Assembly (NCBI GenBank): GCA_028534125.1
Contig: CM052817.1
Coordinates: 31,064,001 to 31,128,000 of the forward strand
Direction of reading: 5' to 3'
DNA: 64,000 nucleotides
From: Lama glama
Lineage: Eukaryota
How positions within the stretch are numbered: the stretch's first letter is position 1; each line of letters starts with the position of its first letter. Shown here piece after piece: positions 49,824 to 64,000 of the stretch. The notes under the pieces are model-generated. The model was not told where the DNA came from, did not search any database, and saw only the letters and a list, made by a program, of their open reading frames with translations. Both the position numbers and the translations under genes were made by a program.

Positions 49824-52800
49824 CTCTGAGTCCTGAGGTCCAGGGCAAGGCCCCTCTGCTCTGGAGCTAAAGGCAGCACTACAGAAAAGCAAGAGGATTT
49901 CCCTCAAATTTGCTTCTTGAAATCAGTGGCCATAAAACACATAAAAAAAATGTATACTCCCCCATACCCACAGAAGTGGGAAGACAGAACATATCTAGAA
50001 TTCTGAAACATCCTGATATTCTGAAAGGAGTTACATATTTCAAGGCTTAGGTGAACAATCAGATCTCTAGACAACTTGGCCTATTCTTGACTCACTCGCA
50101 GGTCACCTAGTGTTTAGGAATAAGGCATCTCATGTTTGTGTTATAATTATGTTGGGGATGTTTACCTATTAAAGATCAGCACAAATCCCCCAAAGCCAAA
50201 GGCTTCTTTACTTTTGACAGCAAGTGAGTGGTGCAGGAATTACCTAGACATGCTACACATCCCAGTGGAAAGATCAGGCCTGGTCTACGATAATCTATTG
50301 CTGGGGAAAATCATCTGAGATTTCAGCCTCAGTACTGATGGTTAGTCTTGAGATACAAATGCCTTGTGTAGTGGACAGGATACATTATTTGTCATTCTAA
50401 ATATCCTCTTCAGGACTTGGAACATTTCTACTAAACATTTCATACCTGATTTCAAAAATCTTGCTTTAAACACTGTTATATTATTATCTCCGTTTGGTTC
50501 CTGTAGACTAGGCATGTTACTACTAGCTAGTCTACAGGACTAGGTAGTAAGTTAAGCTAGGTAAGTTATTTTGTCAAGTAGAAGGATGACCTAGAAATAT
50601 TGACAGAAAAGCATCACAGGTTTCAAACAAACATGAATGAACATGGCTGGAGAATCACTTGTCTGGTTAGATAGCTCAGTTTACACTTTATATGGCAAAA
50701 TTCCCATCAACAGAAATGTTTCAAGAAGAGCATACAGCCTGAGTTTATTTTTACAGTAAATTAAGTATTTAAAAATTATTTTATTGCCATCTTAACTGAA
50801 AATACATAATTTTATTCTTATGTCTACCTCAGAGGTAGAGTATAATTACTATATTGGGCAATGATTTATAGGTACAAGTGACAGAAACTATCTTAAAGAG
50901 AAGAAGCTATGGATTACAAAATGAATTATAATTAATATAAATTATAGAGTGTTCATATTTCACAAAATTTTAAAAATCAATGAAACTAAATAATCCATTT
51001 CTAATAGAAAATTGTCACTATTAAACATTATCATCTTAGTGTAAATTAGAAAAAAAGAATAAAATACAGCACTATTTAAAGTAAACATTTCATTAAAGGT
51101 AGAAAAAAATAGTCAGTCATAAAATTTAATATGTCATTAGATCATTTATAAAAGTTCAGTCTTATAAAACAAACTCAGTAAATAATGTCAGGTTATAAGT
51201 GTATTTTTGAGCAAAAGTATCTACCTCTTTCAGAATCCACAGCAGTCCAAGTATTCCCTTATGGCTACTTTATCTTCTAAAAACTCCCATTTCTCTTTTG
51301 GTAACTTGGAAAAAAACTTTGGGGACAATTTTTTTTAAGAGACAGACACTCAATATTTTTTTGACAGCAATTTATTTAGTTTCTTGTTTGTCTTTACTTT
51401 CTTATAGATCATCAGTGTAAAATTAGAAATAACTAGTTTCAATTGCAATATGTTGTTTTTCGAACTCCCAGTCTGTCCCTTCCCACTTTTTTATTCCACT
51501 AGTTTAGAAAGATTAGACTATTTTTCTAAAAGAAGCCTTGCTTTGTCAACCGCCCTTTTCTTTCTCATTCTGAGATTACAGGCAAATAGAAAGTGCATCT
51601 TTACTCAATTCAAAATTTTAAGGCAGAATATGACTCTGGGTACATTACAAGATAAAATAATTCAAACATCAGGGTTTTAAAAATATCCAGTTAACAGTAC
51701 TACAGTAACAAAAAAATTAGCATTTATTACCAAAAATCATGCCAGAATATTAGAATATCAAAAAGTGGAAATATAATCAACCAGTGTGGATGGTCTTCAG
51801 GATGACTGGTGCCTGGGAACCAAGTGCCTTCAGGACTTTCCATCTCTCATCTCCACTTCTTTCAGTGAGTAGGAGGGAGATGAAATGGGAGGGTGGTTTT
51901 ACTGACTCCAGGTGACTTTCTCACAAGCCAGGAGACAGGCTGTCTGCAGCTATAAACTCAAATCCATTCATCTTTGTGACCAAAAAGGAAAGAAGTCTTC
52001 TTTCCCAGGTCCATTTAAAACAAATCTTACTGAATAACTTTAAGTTTCATAAGAACCAATCACTGTTGCCCAGGAGTGACATTCTTTGCTTGGTCCAGCT
52101 TGGGTGAGGTACCTACCCCTCTACCAATCACTGAGGCCAAGAAAAGTGAGTCATGTACAAAGATGGCAGCTCCCTCCTGGATCCTAAGGATAGAGTGGGA
52201 AATGAAGCAAGTCCCCAAAATGAAGGGATTCAGTTCCCAAAGGAAGAGAGAAATACAGAAAAGCAACACAATAAATGTCTGCTACCAATGACTTGACTCA
52301 AAATTTTTTAGTTCAGAAGATTACTATGCCTCAGGGTCAAGATATACATGTTTCTTTCTTAGCCTTTGGAAGATGGAGGAAGGGTAAAAGATTGGCTAGA
52401 ATTTAGATTTGACTATGTTCATGAATGACACAATGTGTTATCATTGCAAAAGGGATATTGCCTGGCAGAATTTAAACAAATAATAGTCAGATGGACAAGG
52501 GTTATAACTGGTGATTAACAAGATTAATAAGCTGGAATGGAAATGAAGACAACACATTGGTGTTAGATGGAGTCCCTCCCTCAAGGAGAAACAAAATGCA
52601 AAATGTGAAAAAATAATTTCTGATACTGATAAGTATGTTGAAGAAGACATAGTAAGCAAGTAGAGGGTCCCTCATTAAGCGCAAAAGCTGCTCCAACTAG
52701 GGTTGTCAAGGAAGACCTCTGTAAGTAGCCGATACATAAGCTGAGACGTGAATGCTGAGGTGGAGGTAATCTTGTTAAGGTCTAGAGATCAGCCTTCCAA

Positions 52801-54999
52801 ACAAAAGGAACAGTGAAGCCAAAGCACCCAAATGAGAATGAGCGGATAGCACTTGAACATCAGTAATCAGGTCAATGTGTCTAAAGTTTAGTGGACAAGT
52901 TGAGAGTGCTGGGAGACTGGGTCAGAGAGGGAGGCAGGGGCCAGATTAGGACTTATAGGTCAGAGTAAGAAATTGGATTTTGATTCCAAACTATAAAAAG
53001 AAGAAGAAAAGACCAGTGGGTTTGGCATTTAGATAATATCATTACTGACTATCCATCTTATCTTGGAGGTAAAAAGCAAAACCAGATTGCAGTAGGTTTC
53101 AAAGACAACATGAGGAAGTTAAGTCATCACCAGGAGTCTCTGCTGCAGTTCAAAAAGGGGGATGCTGCCATATAAGACTTAGAAATAACACAAGCCCTTT
53201 TGGTCAATTCCTGATGGATCCTCCAGTTGTTCATCTTGTTCTTATCTACCCAGGATCCATTCATATTCATGTCCAATGGCAACGCATTATGACAACTAGA
53301 GAATCTGATGTCCCCAGAGACTTTACAGAGATTGGGTCTTCCCATTCCAGAATCTTTCTGCTCACAATTAGCCCTGATGTTTGGCGGAAACATGTGTTTT
53401 GACAGCACTTAGTTCTGAAGAACCCGTGGAAGCCATCTTTGATCTTATAAACCTTGATGCAAATCTATTTTTTAATGTTGAATATTTTTACCACAAAAAT
53501 GGAATGTAAGAGAGCAAAAACCAATCTGATTAATCCAGGGTTTCGCATAGTTGTATTCCAGTTAATAAAGGTGAATTTTTCTACACCACTGAGAAGTTTT
53601 CATTTAATCTTATAAAGTATTCATTAACCTGACTGACACAGTTTGAGATTCAGTTTGCTAACAAATATCCAAATTCTTGGCAGAGCTTGCTGTTTGTGAT
53701 CATATGGAAATGCTCTTGGGACAACTGGTAGACTTATCTTGCTCTTGCTTATTGAAGCCTCATACCAAGTGGTTTCATGGAAGAACTTTTAAAATACTTC
53801 CCCTTCCTTTAGGCGGTAAGCACTCTTCCAGGAAAATTCTTCTTCCTCCTCACCCCACAATGTTCCAGGGAACGCTACACTCACACATTGGACTTTATAA
53901 TTCTCTTCTCACCCAGGCTGTCATTTAACCAGCAGCTTCCTGAGAATGTGATAAGTAGTTAATTTCCCATGCCCAAGCTACGTGTCTGCCAGAGAAGCTG
54001 TGAAGCTGCTCTGTGAAAGAAAATAACATAAATTTACTTCATTTGACTTCTATTTAGAATACTCCAAGCATGTACTTACTACTATATGACTTTTCAAAAA
54101 AATGAAAAACACTGGAATTGTGGTCCTGCATGATGAATTTCCATCACCACCACCTCCTCATTGCTATCCACTTAAAAATCCTACAAAATAAGATCACAAG
54201 GTGGTATTAAGACTTGCCCTAAAACTCCCATGTAAAGCAATACTAAATGGGGTTGATGAATAACCTGGTTGGCCACACCAATCATGGCATGTTTACTGAA
54301 TAACTGGGTGTCATATGGGATCTAATCCTGGTATCCGAGAGGTCTCTTGCTCTTGCTTGGATTTACATCCTAGTTCTGTATTTTTCTGTGACCTAGCAAA
54401 GTTCCATGGCCTTCCTAAGCCTCAGTTCCACCATATGTAAAGTAGAAAAGAAACTACTTATCTTACAGAATTATATTGTGCATAAACTGTGACAATATGT
54501 ATCAAGTACATAGAACAGCCTGGCACATCATTAAGGTTAGCCATTACTGTTTTGTGTACCCTAATCTTTGAAACAAATGAAGAATCAAAAAAATATATAC
54601 AAATGATATACAGCATTCTAGAATTAAAAAGGATAGTGTGTAGTGTTGATTTTTAAGTACCGCAGGAAGTTCAGGGGCAAAAAAGATCAAGGAGATGAGG
54701 AAAGCTTCAGAAAAGCCATAATGCTTGAGTGAGGTCCTGAGAATCTGGATAGAAAATGTAGAAAATGATGCATCTATAGACACAGAGGCAGAAGCAGGAA
54801 GGAATGTACCTACAGAACACAGATAAAAGACCAGCCAGTCCGAAAAGAGAAGGAACATGTAAAAGGATAGGTAGGAGGTTGAAGAAAGACACACTAGTTT
54901 ATGGTGGGCCTACCAGCTGGGGAAAATAGTCCATACTTACTTGACTTGAAAATATTTATATGTGCAATGAACTTTGGACAGAAAATGATTTATTTCTGC

Positions 55000-55351
55000 C
55001 ACATCCATTCAGGCCTCTACAACATATTACCATAGACTGGGTTGCTTATCAACAACAGAGATTTATTTTCCACAGTTCCAGAGCCTGGGAGGTCCAGGTC
55101 CGATGAAGGTAGTGGCAGACTGGTGCCTGGTGGAGGCCCACGTCCTCGATCACAGGCGGCCATCTTGCTGTGTCAGCACTTGATGGAAGGGAGTCTAGGG
55201 AGTCTCTTTTATAGTCACTAATCCCACTCTTGGGGGCTCCACTCCTATGTCCTCATCACCTCTCGAAGTCCCCACCTCTTAATACCATCACATGGGGGGT
55301 TAGGATTTAGCATCTGAATTCGGGAGGCACATAAGCACTCAGTCTGTAGCA
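55000..55351 (-). mobile_element. MLT1A-type solo LTR
   Basis: TACCATAGACTGGGTTGCTTATCAACAACAGAGATTTATT...CCCACCTCTTAATACCATCACATGGGGGGTTAGGATTT. Confidence 0.75.
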
Positions 55352-55889
55352 GCTGAACATAATGTTTGTACTACGGCAGGGAGGGCTCTGTTAGAAATTC
55401 AGTCATGGGACAGCGAGAGCTTTTAGGGAAATGGAAGCAGCAAAGGACTCCTAGCCCTGTTTCCCTCACCAGTCACTGCCTGTATTTCATTGCTTCTCTT
55501 TTCAGCTAAATTCCTCAAAAAAAAAAAAAAAAAAGCTCTATACTTACTGTCTTTTGTTTCTTTCTTCCTATTATCTCTCAGGCTTTTGCCCCCTCACTCC
55601 ACTGAATCTGCTCATGTCAATGACACATATTGCTGAAACCAACGGTCATTTTCAGTCCTGATTTTACGACTTGACTTCTCAGCAGCATTTTCTATAACTG
55701 ACATCACTTCTTCCTTGATATACTTTCCTCACCTGGGCTCCAGGCTGTCACAAACTCCTACCCCACTGCTTGTTCTTTTTCACCTCCTTTGCCTTGCTAC
55801 TTCACTTCCTCCATCTTCCTAATGTTAGGGTTCAGCCCTTGGTCTTCTTATCCTCTCTCTATATATTCACTCTCTTGGTCACCCAGATG

Positions 55890-56643
55890 AAAAAATGAGC
55901 AATATCATTGTTGAACACATTGAGTACACATAATCAAAAAAAAAAGGACAATAACAAAAATATGGGGAAATTGGAACTCTTACATATTGCTGGTGGAGTA
56001 TAAAATGGTGCAGCCCTTTGGAAAATAGATTGGTAGTTAATCAAAAAATTAAACATAGAGTTACCATTTGACCCAGTAAGTCTAGTCTTAAGTATATATC
56101 CAAAAGAAGTGAAAGAATATATATTCACACATAAAAACTTGCACATGAATGTTCATAGCAGCATTATTCATAATAGCCCAAAAGTGGAAACAACCCAAAT
56201 GTCCATGAATTCACGAATGGATAATCAAAATGCTGTGGTTCTATCTACACAGCAGAATATTATTTAGCATAAACAGGAATGACGTACTGATACCTACTAC
56301 AACACGGATGAGCCTTAAAGACACTGTGAAAGAACCTTAAAAACTAAGTGAAAGAAACCAAATCAAGAAAGCACATATTGCATAGGCTTCTATTTATGTG
56401 AAATGTGCACAATAGACAAATGCATAGAGACAGAAAGTAAATTAGTATTGTTTAGGAGTTAGGGGAAAGAAGAAATGAGGAGTGCGTGCTAAAGAGCATA
56501 GGGTTTCTTTTGCAAGTGATGAAAATGTTCTGGAATTAGACAGCGATGATGATCACAGCTTTGTGAACATACTAAAAACAACTGATTCGTACACTTTTCA
56601 ACAGTGATTTTTATATGAATATATCTTAATTTAAAAAAAAAAA
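55890..56643 (+). mobile_element. L1MB-like 3' end
   Basis: GGAAATTGGAACTCTTACATATTGCTGGTGG...GTGATGAAAATGTTCTGGAATTAGA...A tail. Confidence 0.8.
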
Positions 56644-59600
56644 CTGCAAAGTTTTGAGCTTCCTTTCCATGGTTTACATGTACAGGACCAGAAACCTGGG
56701 CTAGATTTACTATTACAGAGGACTGAATCTGTCTTCGAACTGCATGGAAATCAATCAAATAGGAAACCATCCTGGATTAAGCAGTTCTTACATGACAAAC
56801 GAAATCTGAAGTTAGAAACTCTGTCCTGGGAGTAGACTTGAGGAAAACATTACAATGTAAATCCTTGTATCAGGGACTAGTAGGTAATATAATAGAGGTT
56901 GCCTGCGGCTTTGCCAAGACACAGAAACATTCTTTGGAAGGATGCTTCTTCTTCTAACCAACTCTAAAAGATCAGGGCATAAAACCAAATTGCAACTAAC
57001 TCTATAAAGGAATTTCTGCCAAAATAGTACAGTCTATTTCCCGACAATCTAACTTTTATAGAGATAAGCTTATGAGGCCAAGAGACACAGAGAATCACGT
57101 CCCCTAGACCAACTTCCTCAAATACCAGATGTCTCAGGAGCATTTGGCAAGTATCAGAGGGCGGTCTAAGTTCTGATTCATTGTTGATTAAATAAATGTC
57201 CATATGTTTTTGATACTGGACACGTAGGTAGCAAAGTCAATATACCATCCTGAGAATTTAGGGGCTTGATTTATACCCTTGTCTAATCAAATAGTCATCA
57301 TACTTCCAGCTGGGGTGAACTTTAGAGATACCTGCAGATGGGGGTAAAATGTTTTGCAGATTCGGAGAAGAGCTCTGAATCTTCTCATTAGGACAAGCAC
57401 TTAGTCGAGAGCCTAGCATTTCTGCTGTTAGACATGGACAGCACAATTTGGGTCTGAAAAACTCTCAGTGCAGGTGTTTTTAATCAACTGCATCTATCAT
57501 GAAAGCATCTCCACAGAATCCTTGCAAAACATGTAATTTGGTGTCTATCTGCGTTTTTAACAAACTAGCTTCAAAATACACCCCCTCAAGTGGATGAATA
57601 ATCTATTTGGAGTTAAGGTATGTTCACTTTGGATAGGACACCACAGTCCTTTTCTCTATAAACGTTTACTGAATGAGTGAATAATTTTATGAGTTTATAT
57701 TATAGTATCAAAATAATGTTAGAGTTGAATATTTTTCTTATATAATTTTAATAGGAATGCCATGTGCTCCGCTATAAATGGACCCTTCTCAGATGACAAA
57801 AAATCGGGAAATTTTTTCTAACTTGATGTTCTTGCTGGTTTTTTCATATGTCTTCCCCACTTCATCATAAGCTCTTTGATGATGCTATTCACCTTTGGAT
57901 CCTCCACACAATGCCTACCCATGTACACGGCCTATAAGCAGATGCTCAAAACACAATGGGAGGAAGATACTGAATAGAATTAGTTGGGGCTGTTTTTTAA
58001 ACTTCAAATTTCTGACGCCGAGTATGTGTGGAGGTATAAAGGCAGGCCGGTGTAGTGGACACGCCACTCCAGAAGCTACAGGAAGACAGTTCTTTCCTCT
58101 TCCTCCCCCTCTCACAGCTGGAGTTGGTCAATGACTAGCTGTGGCCAGACACGCCCTCCTATTAGGGACTTTGGATCTGGAGGAAATGGCTCAATGGTGC
58201 AGAGTTACCGTGAATTAATTTGAGGCATCAGTGGTAGAACTGGAAATTCACGGCACAGCACTGGTCCCCAGGTGGTGACAGCAGCTTCCTAAGCGGCCCA
58301 CTCCCACAGTAGGAATCTGACCTCATCTCACACATTCTCTTGGTGCCTGCCCCGGCCTGGCTCTCCAGACTTCCATCAGTCCATGAGCCATCCATGTAAA
58401 CTGAAGGGTGAGCTTGAAGGCAACCCAAAGGCACAAAAACACTAAGACTTCCTTTCTTCCTTGTTTCCTTGGGAGACGAATCACTTCTCACCTATTAACT
58501 CGGTCACATAACAACTATGGTTCCACCCATGCTGCTCTCTCAGACTTTCCCAGCCCTCCTGTGAAATAAAGTTATCTTTAAAAAAATCTAAATGTCTGTC
58601 TAGATTTTTAAATATCTAAGATGCTACACTGACATTTTCCCACTATGTTAAGGAAATGGAGCAATGGAGTAGAGTTTTCTTTTTTAAAAAGTTCAACATG
58701 TATGCAATAGCCAAAGGCAGAAATTGCCAAGACAGATGAATTCATCAATGGATGAATAGATTTAAAAATATGTTGTATCCATGCAATGGAATGTTATTCA
58801 GCTATAAACTGGAATAAAGTACTGATTTATAGATACATGAAAAAATTAAGTGCAAAAAAGCCAGATAATGATGATGATAGCACAACACTATGAATATACT
58901 AAATGCCACTTTTAAATGGTTAAAATGGTGACTTTTCTATTGTGTATTGTAACTACAATAAAAAAAGTTTAAATCCAATATCCAAAAAAATCTGAAGGAA
59001 CATAAATTAGAATTTTTCAAAAGTGATCCTTTCTATTTGCAACAGAACAGGGTGTCTGGTCAAAAGAATTTGGTTATAAAATCTTTGTAGTTCTGACTCT
59101 TCCTCAGAACTCTCAATGGAGTTATCTATCATGTAATCAGGTTTTCATATTAAGAAATAACCTTGTGTCTTCAGAGAGGAAAATAAAGCTCACTCAAAAG
59201 GTTTTTAATTTATCTCTGATCACAGTCACACTCCCTTTCATTTGGACAGAATAAGGATGTTGTGAAAACAAAATGTAATTTAACGGATCTTAGCAAATAT
59301 AATTTTCCATTCTGGAAAATCCTAACGTGCTTTTATTATATCACCAGTTACTCAATTTTCCAAAGATATAGGACTTTACGTGGGAAAAATCATGGGCTGA
59401 AGATGCTGTTATTTACATAACTTTTTAAAGTGGGATAACAAAAATGTGTTGCCAATTGCTATTCCATAATTGGATGGCTGAATACTATAAAATTGTTTCA
59501 AGTTTGCTCAGTAGAATCCTGGGAAATGACATTTACTCAATGTTTTTTTGTGCTAGAATTTTAGAACCCCTTGATCTTTTATCTCTATCATTTCTATGTT

Positions 59601-60289
59601 TCCCCCAAATCTCACAAGCATCATTGGTGAAAGAAAAATATATATACCTATGTGTGTGTACACACACACACACTCTCACATATATACTCTAAGACCTTTC
59701 AGTTATTGCTTTCCAGCCCTAGAAAAGAAAACCCCACAGCAAGTAACTACCTTTCAAAGTATTGATTTCAGTGTGTTTGTATCAAAGCGAGAGTGAGTGT
59801 CTTTTCATTCTATGAAGAAGCAAAATGGTGAACAATTTCCTGATTTACATTTCCTGCATTACATAGGATAAATTGAAAAGCCAGCAACTTCAAGTTCTAC
59901 TTCTCAACTTATTAAAAAATGTATGTTGCTTAAAAAGGAATTTTCAATAGCCTCCTGAGGGGAAATCACAAGATCTTTCCCATCCAGTTTCCTCAGAAGA
60001 AACCATCTTAATGCTTTTATAAATAATAAAAGCATTTCATTTCAGAAGTACTTAAAATACAATTACTTCATTTACTTTCAGAGGCTTTATCAAAGTAGGG
60101 TTTCAACCCACACTCTTCAGAGAAGGTGTCTGTAATTTAATACAGTCCTCTCACCTGATTCATTTCCCGTGCTTTGGAGGGCTCGATTTGAGAGCACTAA
60201 CTCACTCTACATTCATAAGGAAGATATTATTGCCAAGTTCTGTGAAGCCCTCTGAGAAATCCATCAGTGCTACAAACTACTGACCTTAC

Positions 60290-60419
60290 CCTAAACCCAT
60301 CTGCTTGCAGGCCAGCTGACTCAGTGTCTCCTGCCAGCCATCTGCACACACATGGTGTTCGACTGCAGACCTGTGAGCAGTCAGGAGTGAAGAGGAGTTC
60401 ACGTTTGCAGAGAGGGTCA
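60290..60419 (-). CDS. CORIN: CORIN exon 16 (start of scavenger-receptor domain)
   Basis: cctcag|(V)TLSANVNSSSLLTAHRSAVEHHVCADGWQETLSQLACKQMGL(G)|gtaagg; 130 nt. Confidence 0.94.
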
Positions 60420-61250
60420 CTGAGGGGGGAAAAAAAAGAAAACCCTAATTTAAAACATCTCTTCTCATGAAACCAAATGACAACTTTACATGACTTTGCT
60501 TTAATTGCAAGCATGCATTTTTATTTCTTTTAGCTAAGAACCATTTGGTGAATTCTCACCCTGTGCAAATCACTGATCTCCATGTGATGGGGGACTAAAA
60601 AATGAATCTGATGTGTTCTCTGCCCTACAAGAACCATAGGCTCCAGTGAAAGAGATAGGCAGTTCTTAACTTTATAAGTTAGAAGACAGCCAGAGGCAGG
60701 TCCCATTCCCATGAGTTTACCCAATAATTCGCATACTTAGAAGGAGCTAGCTGTAACTTCATTCAAATCATTTCCTTTCAAGAAAGCCTATGAGAAGGCG
60801 AGTGTGTGAGTGATGTTAATTTAGGATTCATTTGGCATATATACTAATTTCTATTTTATAGAAGAGAATCCTCTGTGCTTCATCCACCACAGATTATTTG
60901 TGGAAACAATGCGCAGTTAATGACAATACACACCGTGATCAAGACTTGGCCAGATGATGCAAAGGACTGAAATGAGAGCCAAGTGAATGGCAGGAGGGAT
61001 GAGGGTAGGACAACAGAATAAATCAAACTCAAGGTTATAAACTGCAACATTGGGATAAAGGTGGGAGATGCATTTAAGTCCTGTCCGTGTAAGGGAGCAG
61101 AGCGTCTCATCTGGATCTGGAGCAAGAATACAGGAAAGATAGAAGGGTCCCTTTAATATTCTGTTTCAGGAGGTGTCAGTGATCTAAGAAAGGCCGACTA
61201 CTGATAATTGTTGAAGCTGGGGGACAACAGAGTTTTAAAAATTATATTCA

Positions 61251-61362
61251 TATGAAAAGCTATTGTATGTGTATGTATGACTGAAACAGTATGCTGTACA
61301 CCAGAAACTGACACATCATAACTGACAATACGTCAATAAAAAATAAGTTAAAAAAATAAAGA
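61251..61362 (+). mobile_element. Short L1 3'-end fragment
   Basis: GTATGACTGAAACAGTATGCTGTACACCAGAAACTGACACA, homologous to 46190-46260. Confidence 0.75.
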
Positions 61363-61635
61363 TAGAATTCTGCTTAAAAAAATGTATATGGTCATAACAA
61401 TTTGAACCCAAATGTTTTTACATATAATATAAGCATTTCAAATAGAGAAGTAACTTGGGGGGAAGTGTTCTGTGAGTTGGAAATAACACGCATGAATCAC
61501 CACTGTCGGCTTCTATAATAGTAAAGCAACATAGATGAACTTGGTTAGTAAGATCCGTGAAGCCATTTAGGATTCACTCAGCTTAAATGGCTGACAGGCA
61601 TTAGAGCAGAGAGCAGATGGCAGAAACAAGCTCAC

Positions 61636-61746
61636 CACAGTCCCATTCGTCAGAACTGTCTACACAGTCGGCTTCACCATCACACCACTGGTCACGTGAC
61701 ACACACTCGTGGTTGGCACATTCCAGCTCATCGTCTTGGCAAAATG
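61636..61746 (-). CDS. CORIN: CORIN exon 15 (LDLR class A repeat 8)
   Basis: tgccag|(S)FCQDDELECANHECVSRDQWCDGEADCVDSSDEWDC|gtgag; 111 nt; six Cys and a DxSDE motif. Confidence 0.94.
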
Positions 61747-63546
61747 CTGGCAGGGGAACAAGAAGTGAGGAGACAGAAACATTTTAGCAATGAATGTGAT
61801 TATCACTAACAGGCACATCATTGTTTGCCAGCAGGAGCGTGGGAGGAAGAAAGGATGCGGTTATGAGGTCTCCAAACAGGTGGCAAGACAGACAGAAGAC
61901 AGAATCAGTAAAACCTCATTTCAGAGATGTCAGTCCACACAAACAGCAAGAGTTTAAACAGACTACTATCTCCAAGGGACTAGGTTCTCTAGGTCTAACC
62001 ATAGGATTGAGACGGTGGTACTCAGAGGAGCAGAAATACCAGAGGTTAGAACACAAGGCTCAAATCTGAAGGGGTGTGAGCAGAGAACTGGGCATGAGCA
62101 GACTGAAGTCACACTCTAGGGTGAAAACCAGCTCTGTCCACATTTATGGATAATTTTATTTCCTTAAATCTCTACTATGATATGACTCTCTGAGTCACAC
62201 ACCAATTCTCGGATTTTAAAAACTATAGTGAAACTCCTTGATTGCCTATGTAGCATCTCTTCTCTTTCTTCCTCCTTTTTTAAGGGAACCTGATTTTATT
62301 CAGGCTCCTACACCATCCCCTGCTCTGGGGGGAAGATCCTGGTTAGTTTAAGGTGAAGATGGCTTTTTTCTGACTACAATTTTTTTTTTCTGAGCACAAT
62401 TGTAAGTCCAGGAGAAAACAGGTGATCCAAGGTCAGGGTCATGGTCTACGGCTTCATGGGTTGTGCTTTACAAGACATCTCCTGCCCAAACCCTGCTGGT
62501 CAGGCCATGTGTCCTGGCCTGGGACAGGGGTGGCCTGGCTAAAACGCCATCTTTTTCTAATTGGTTCTCCCTAAGGGCACTTCTTTTCGCTATTCAGTTG
62601 TTTAGGTGGTGTCTTTTGGAATCCACACAAACACTGCTGACTACTAGCTGGTACCTGGCTCAAAGCTGGCCAGTCAGAGTGATGTTCCAGAGATGAGGGT
62701 AAGGTTCTGACTCCTTCCTAGTGGATATGACCAGGGAAGCATGGTGTCTCAGGTGCTCTTGGCAGCCATCTTTGGACCTGGTGGGAGCCAGCCAGAGATC
62801 AAGCCAACTCAAAGAATCACAGAAGAGGTGCTGAACTCCAGCATCCACCTCAAGAATCCATCCACACTTGACTTTTTATATGATGATATAAGGCATATGT
62901 AATACATAGGATAATAAAAGATAAATTTCTTCACTGCTTAAGTCAGTTTGAGTTGAGTTGTTACTAGTAGGCAATGTATCTTAGGATTTTTTTTTCCTGA
63001 TTCTAAAACTACTGGCCATTCATTTAGAAAATGTAGAAAACATAGAAAAGCATAAAAGCTTAATAATTCCACCACCCAGGGCTTATAATTGTAAGCTTTT
63101 TATTATGCCTGTCTGATCTTTTTCTGTATGTGGGTACATGTACTTTGAAAACTCAGCACAATAGTACACATAAATTCTTCATATTTTGTTTTATTCATCT
63201 AATGATACATAATGAACCCAGGAGAAATTATTCTTCTGATTTGATTTTTAATGTTTGCATTTTTTTTCACTTTATGGTTATATTTTTTGTCCCTTATTTT
63301 TGGATATTTTGGGGGGGTTCTAATTTTGTCCCTGTTATAAATAATGCTTGAATAATATCATTATGCATATATTTTACACATTTGTCTTCTTGGTTTATAT
63401 TTTTACAAGTGGAGTTTCCATCAAAAGATCTGAACATACAAAAAGCTTTTGATAGATAGTTCCAAATTTCAGGCTTATATTCAAAATGAGAGGTAATTCG
63501 TGTTTAAAATAAAATGTCATGTTGACAGTTTCACCTAGGCACTTAC

Positions 63547-63660
63547 AGCAATTTTTTTCATCCATGTTATCAGGGCAGTCTGGGAACCCATCACAGATGA
63601 CTGTGTGCTTCAAACATTGTTTATTGGATGGACATTCCCAAAGATCTCTCTCTTTACATC
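63547..63660 (-). CDS. CORIN: CORIN exon 14 (LDLR class A repeat 7)
   Basis: ctccag|CKERDLWECPSNKQCLKHTVICDGFPDCPDNMDEKNC|gtaagt; 114 nt. Confidence 0.94.
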
Positions 63661-64000
63661 CTGGAGACAGAAGGAAAGGTTATTTTCAATAGATGTGAAG
63701 GTGAAAATGACAGTGGCTTTGATCAAGCAATGTAAAAAATAAATAAATAAATAAAAAGGAATGTTTTCTTTTTTCTTAATGAGTTTTGATTCCTGTACAC
63801 CATGGAAAATGTAATTTTGAAAGTAGAAATGCTCAGTAATCTCCATACTGCATTATAAATAGTACAGCTCTCCTAGGAGAAGATCAAAAGTGACATATGG
63901 GAAACAGGAAAAAAATGAAAAAGTGACCATACAGTAACGTTCATCTTTAGCTGTTCCTTTTGCTTTCTGAGCCAATTTGCCAACACATAAGACTCATCTA

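Larger units (their letters stand above)
29270..64000 (-). other. CORIN: CORIN gene body, 3' part (gene continues beyond the window end)
   Basis: Ordered exons encode two LDLR-A repeats, the start of a scavenger-receptor domain and a trypsin-like protease domain ending QIYIHTFLLN*. Confidence 0.95.

Noticed and set aside
53127..53460. Overlapping short ORFs in complex-looking sequence, considered as a missing CORIN exon or a retrocopy
   Set aside because: No frame I tried resembles CORIN or a protein I recognise, and there is no clear poly(A) or TSD. A BLAST or conservation check would settle it.
1..64000. A novel multi-gene, CRISPR-like or prokaryote-style system
   Set aside because: The window is explained by two known spliced genes and mammalian repeats. 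I saw no repeat-spacer array, long unexplained ORF or operon-like structure.

Overview
Mammalian genomic DNA, very probably a camelid (a Vic-1-type tRNA-derived SINE is present), with two convergent spliced genes. On +, ATP10D (P4-ATPase lipid flippase): coding exons 2-8, the start of exon 9, then exons 22-23 after a 500-N gap. On -, the 3' part of CORIN (transmembrane serine protease): exons 14-16 and 20-22, with exons 17-19 not visible and most likely inside a second 500-N gap. Exon numbers follow my recollection of the human gene structures. Introns hold L1, L2, MIR, MLT LTR and MER DNA-transposon relics. I see no novel multi-gene system. The main oddities are: (1) a 102-bp copy of CORIN exon 21 inserted into an intronic L1 between 4-bp microhomologies, which preserves the likely ancestral Ala codon where the live exon has Val; (2) an ATP10D last exon that stops after 23 codons, leaving the former C-terminal tail as a decayed remnant in the 3' UTR; (3) an unusually similar inverted MIR pair and a composite inverted L1 in the same CORIN intron; (4) a short L1 3' transduction. 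All alignments and counts were done by eye, and repeat family names come from recalled consensus features, not a database search.
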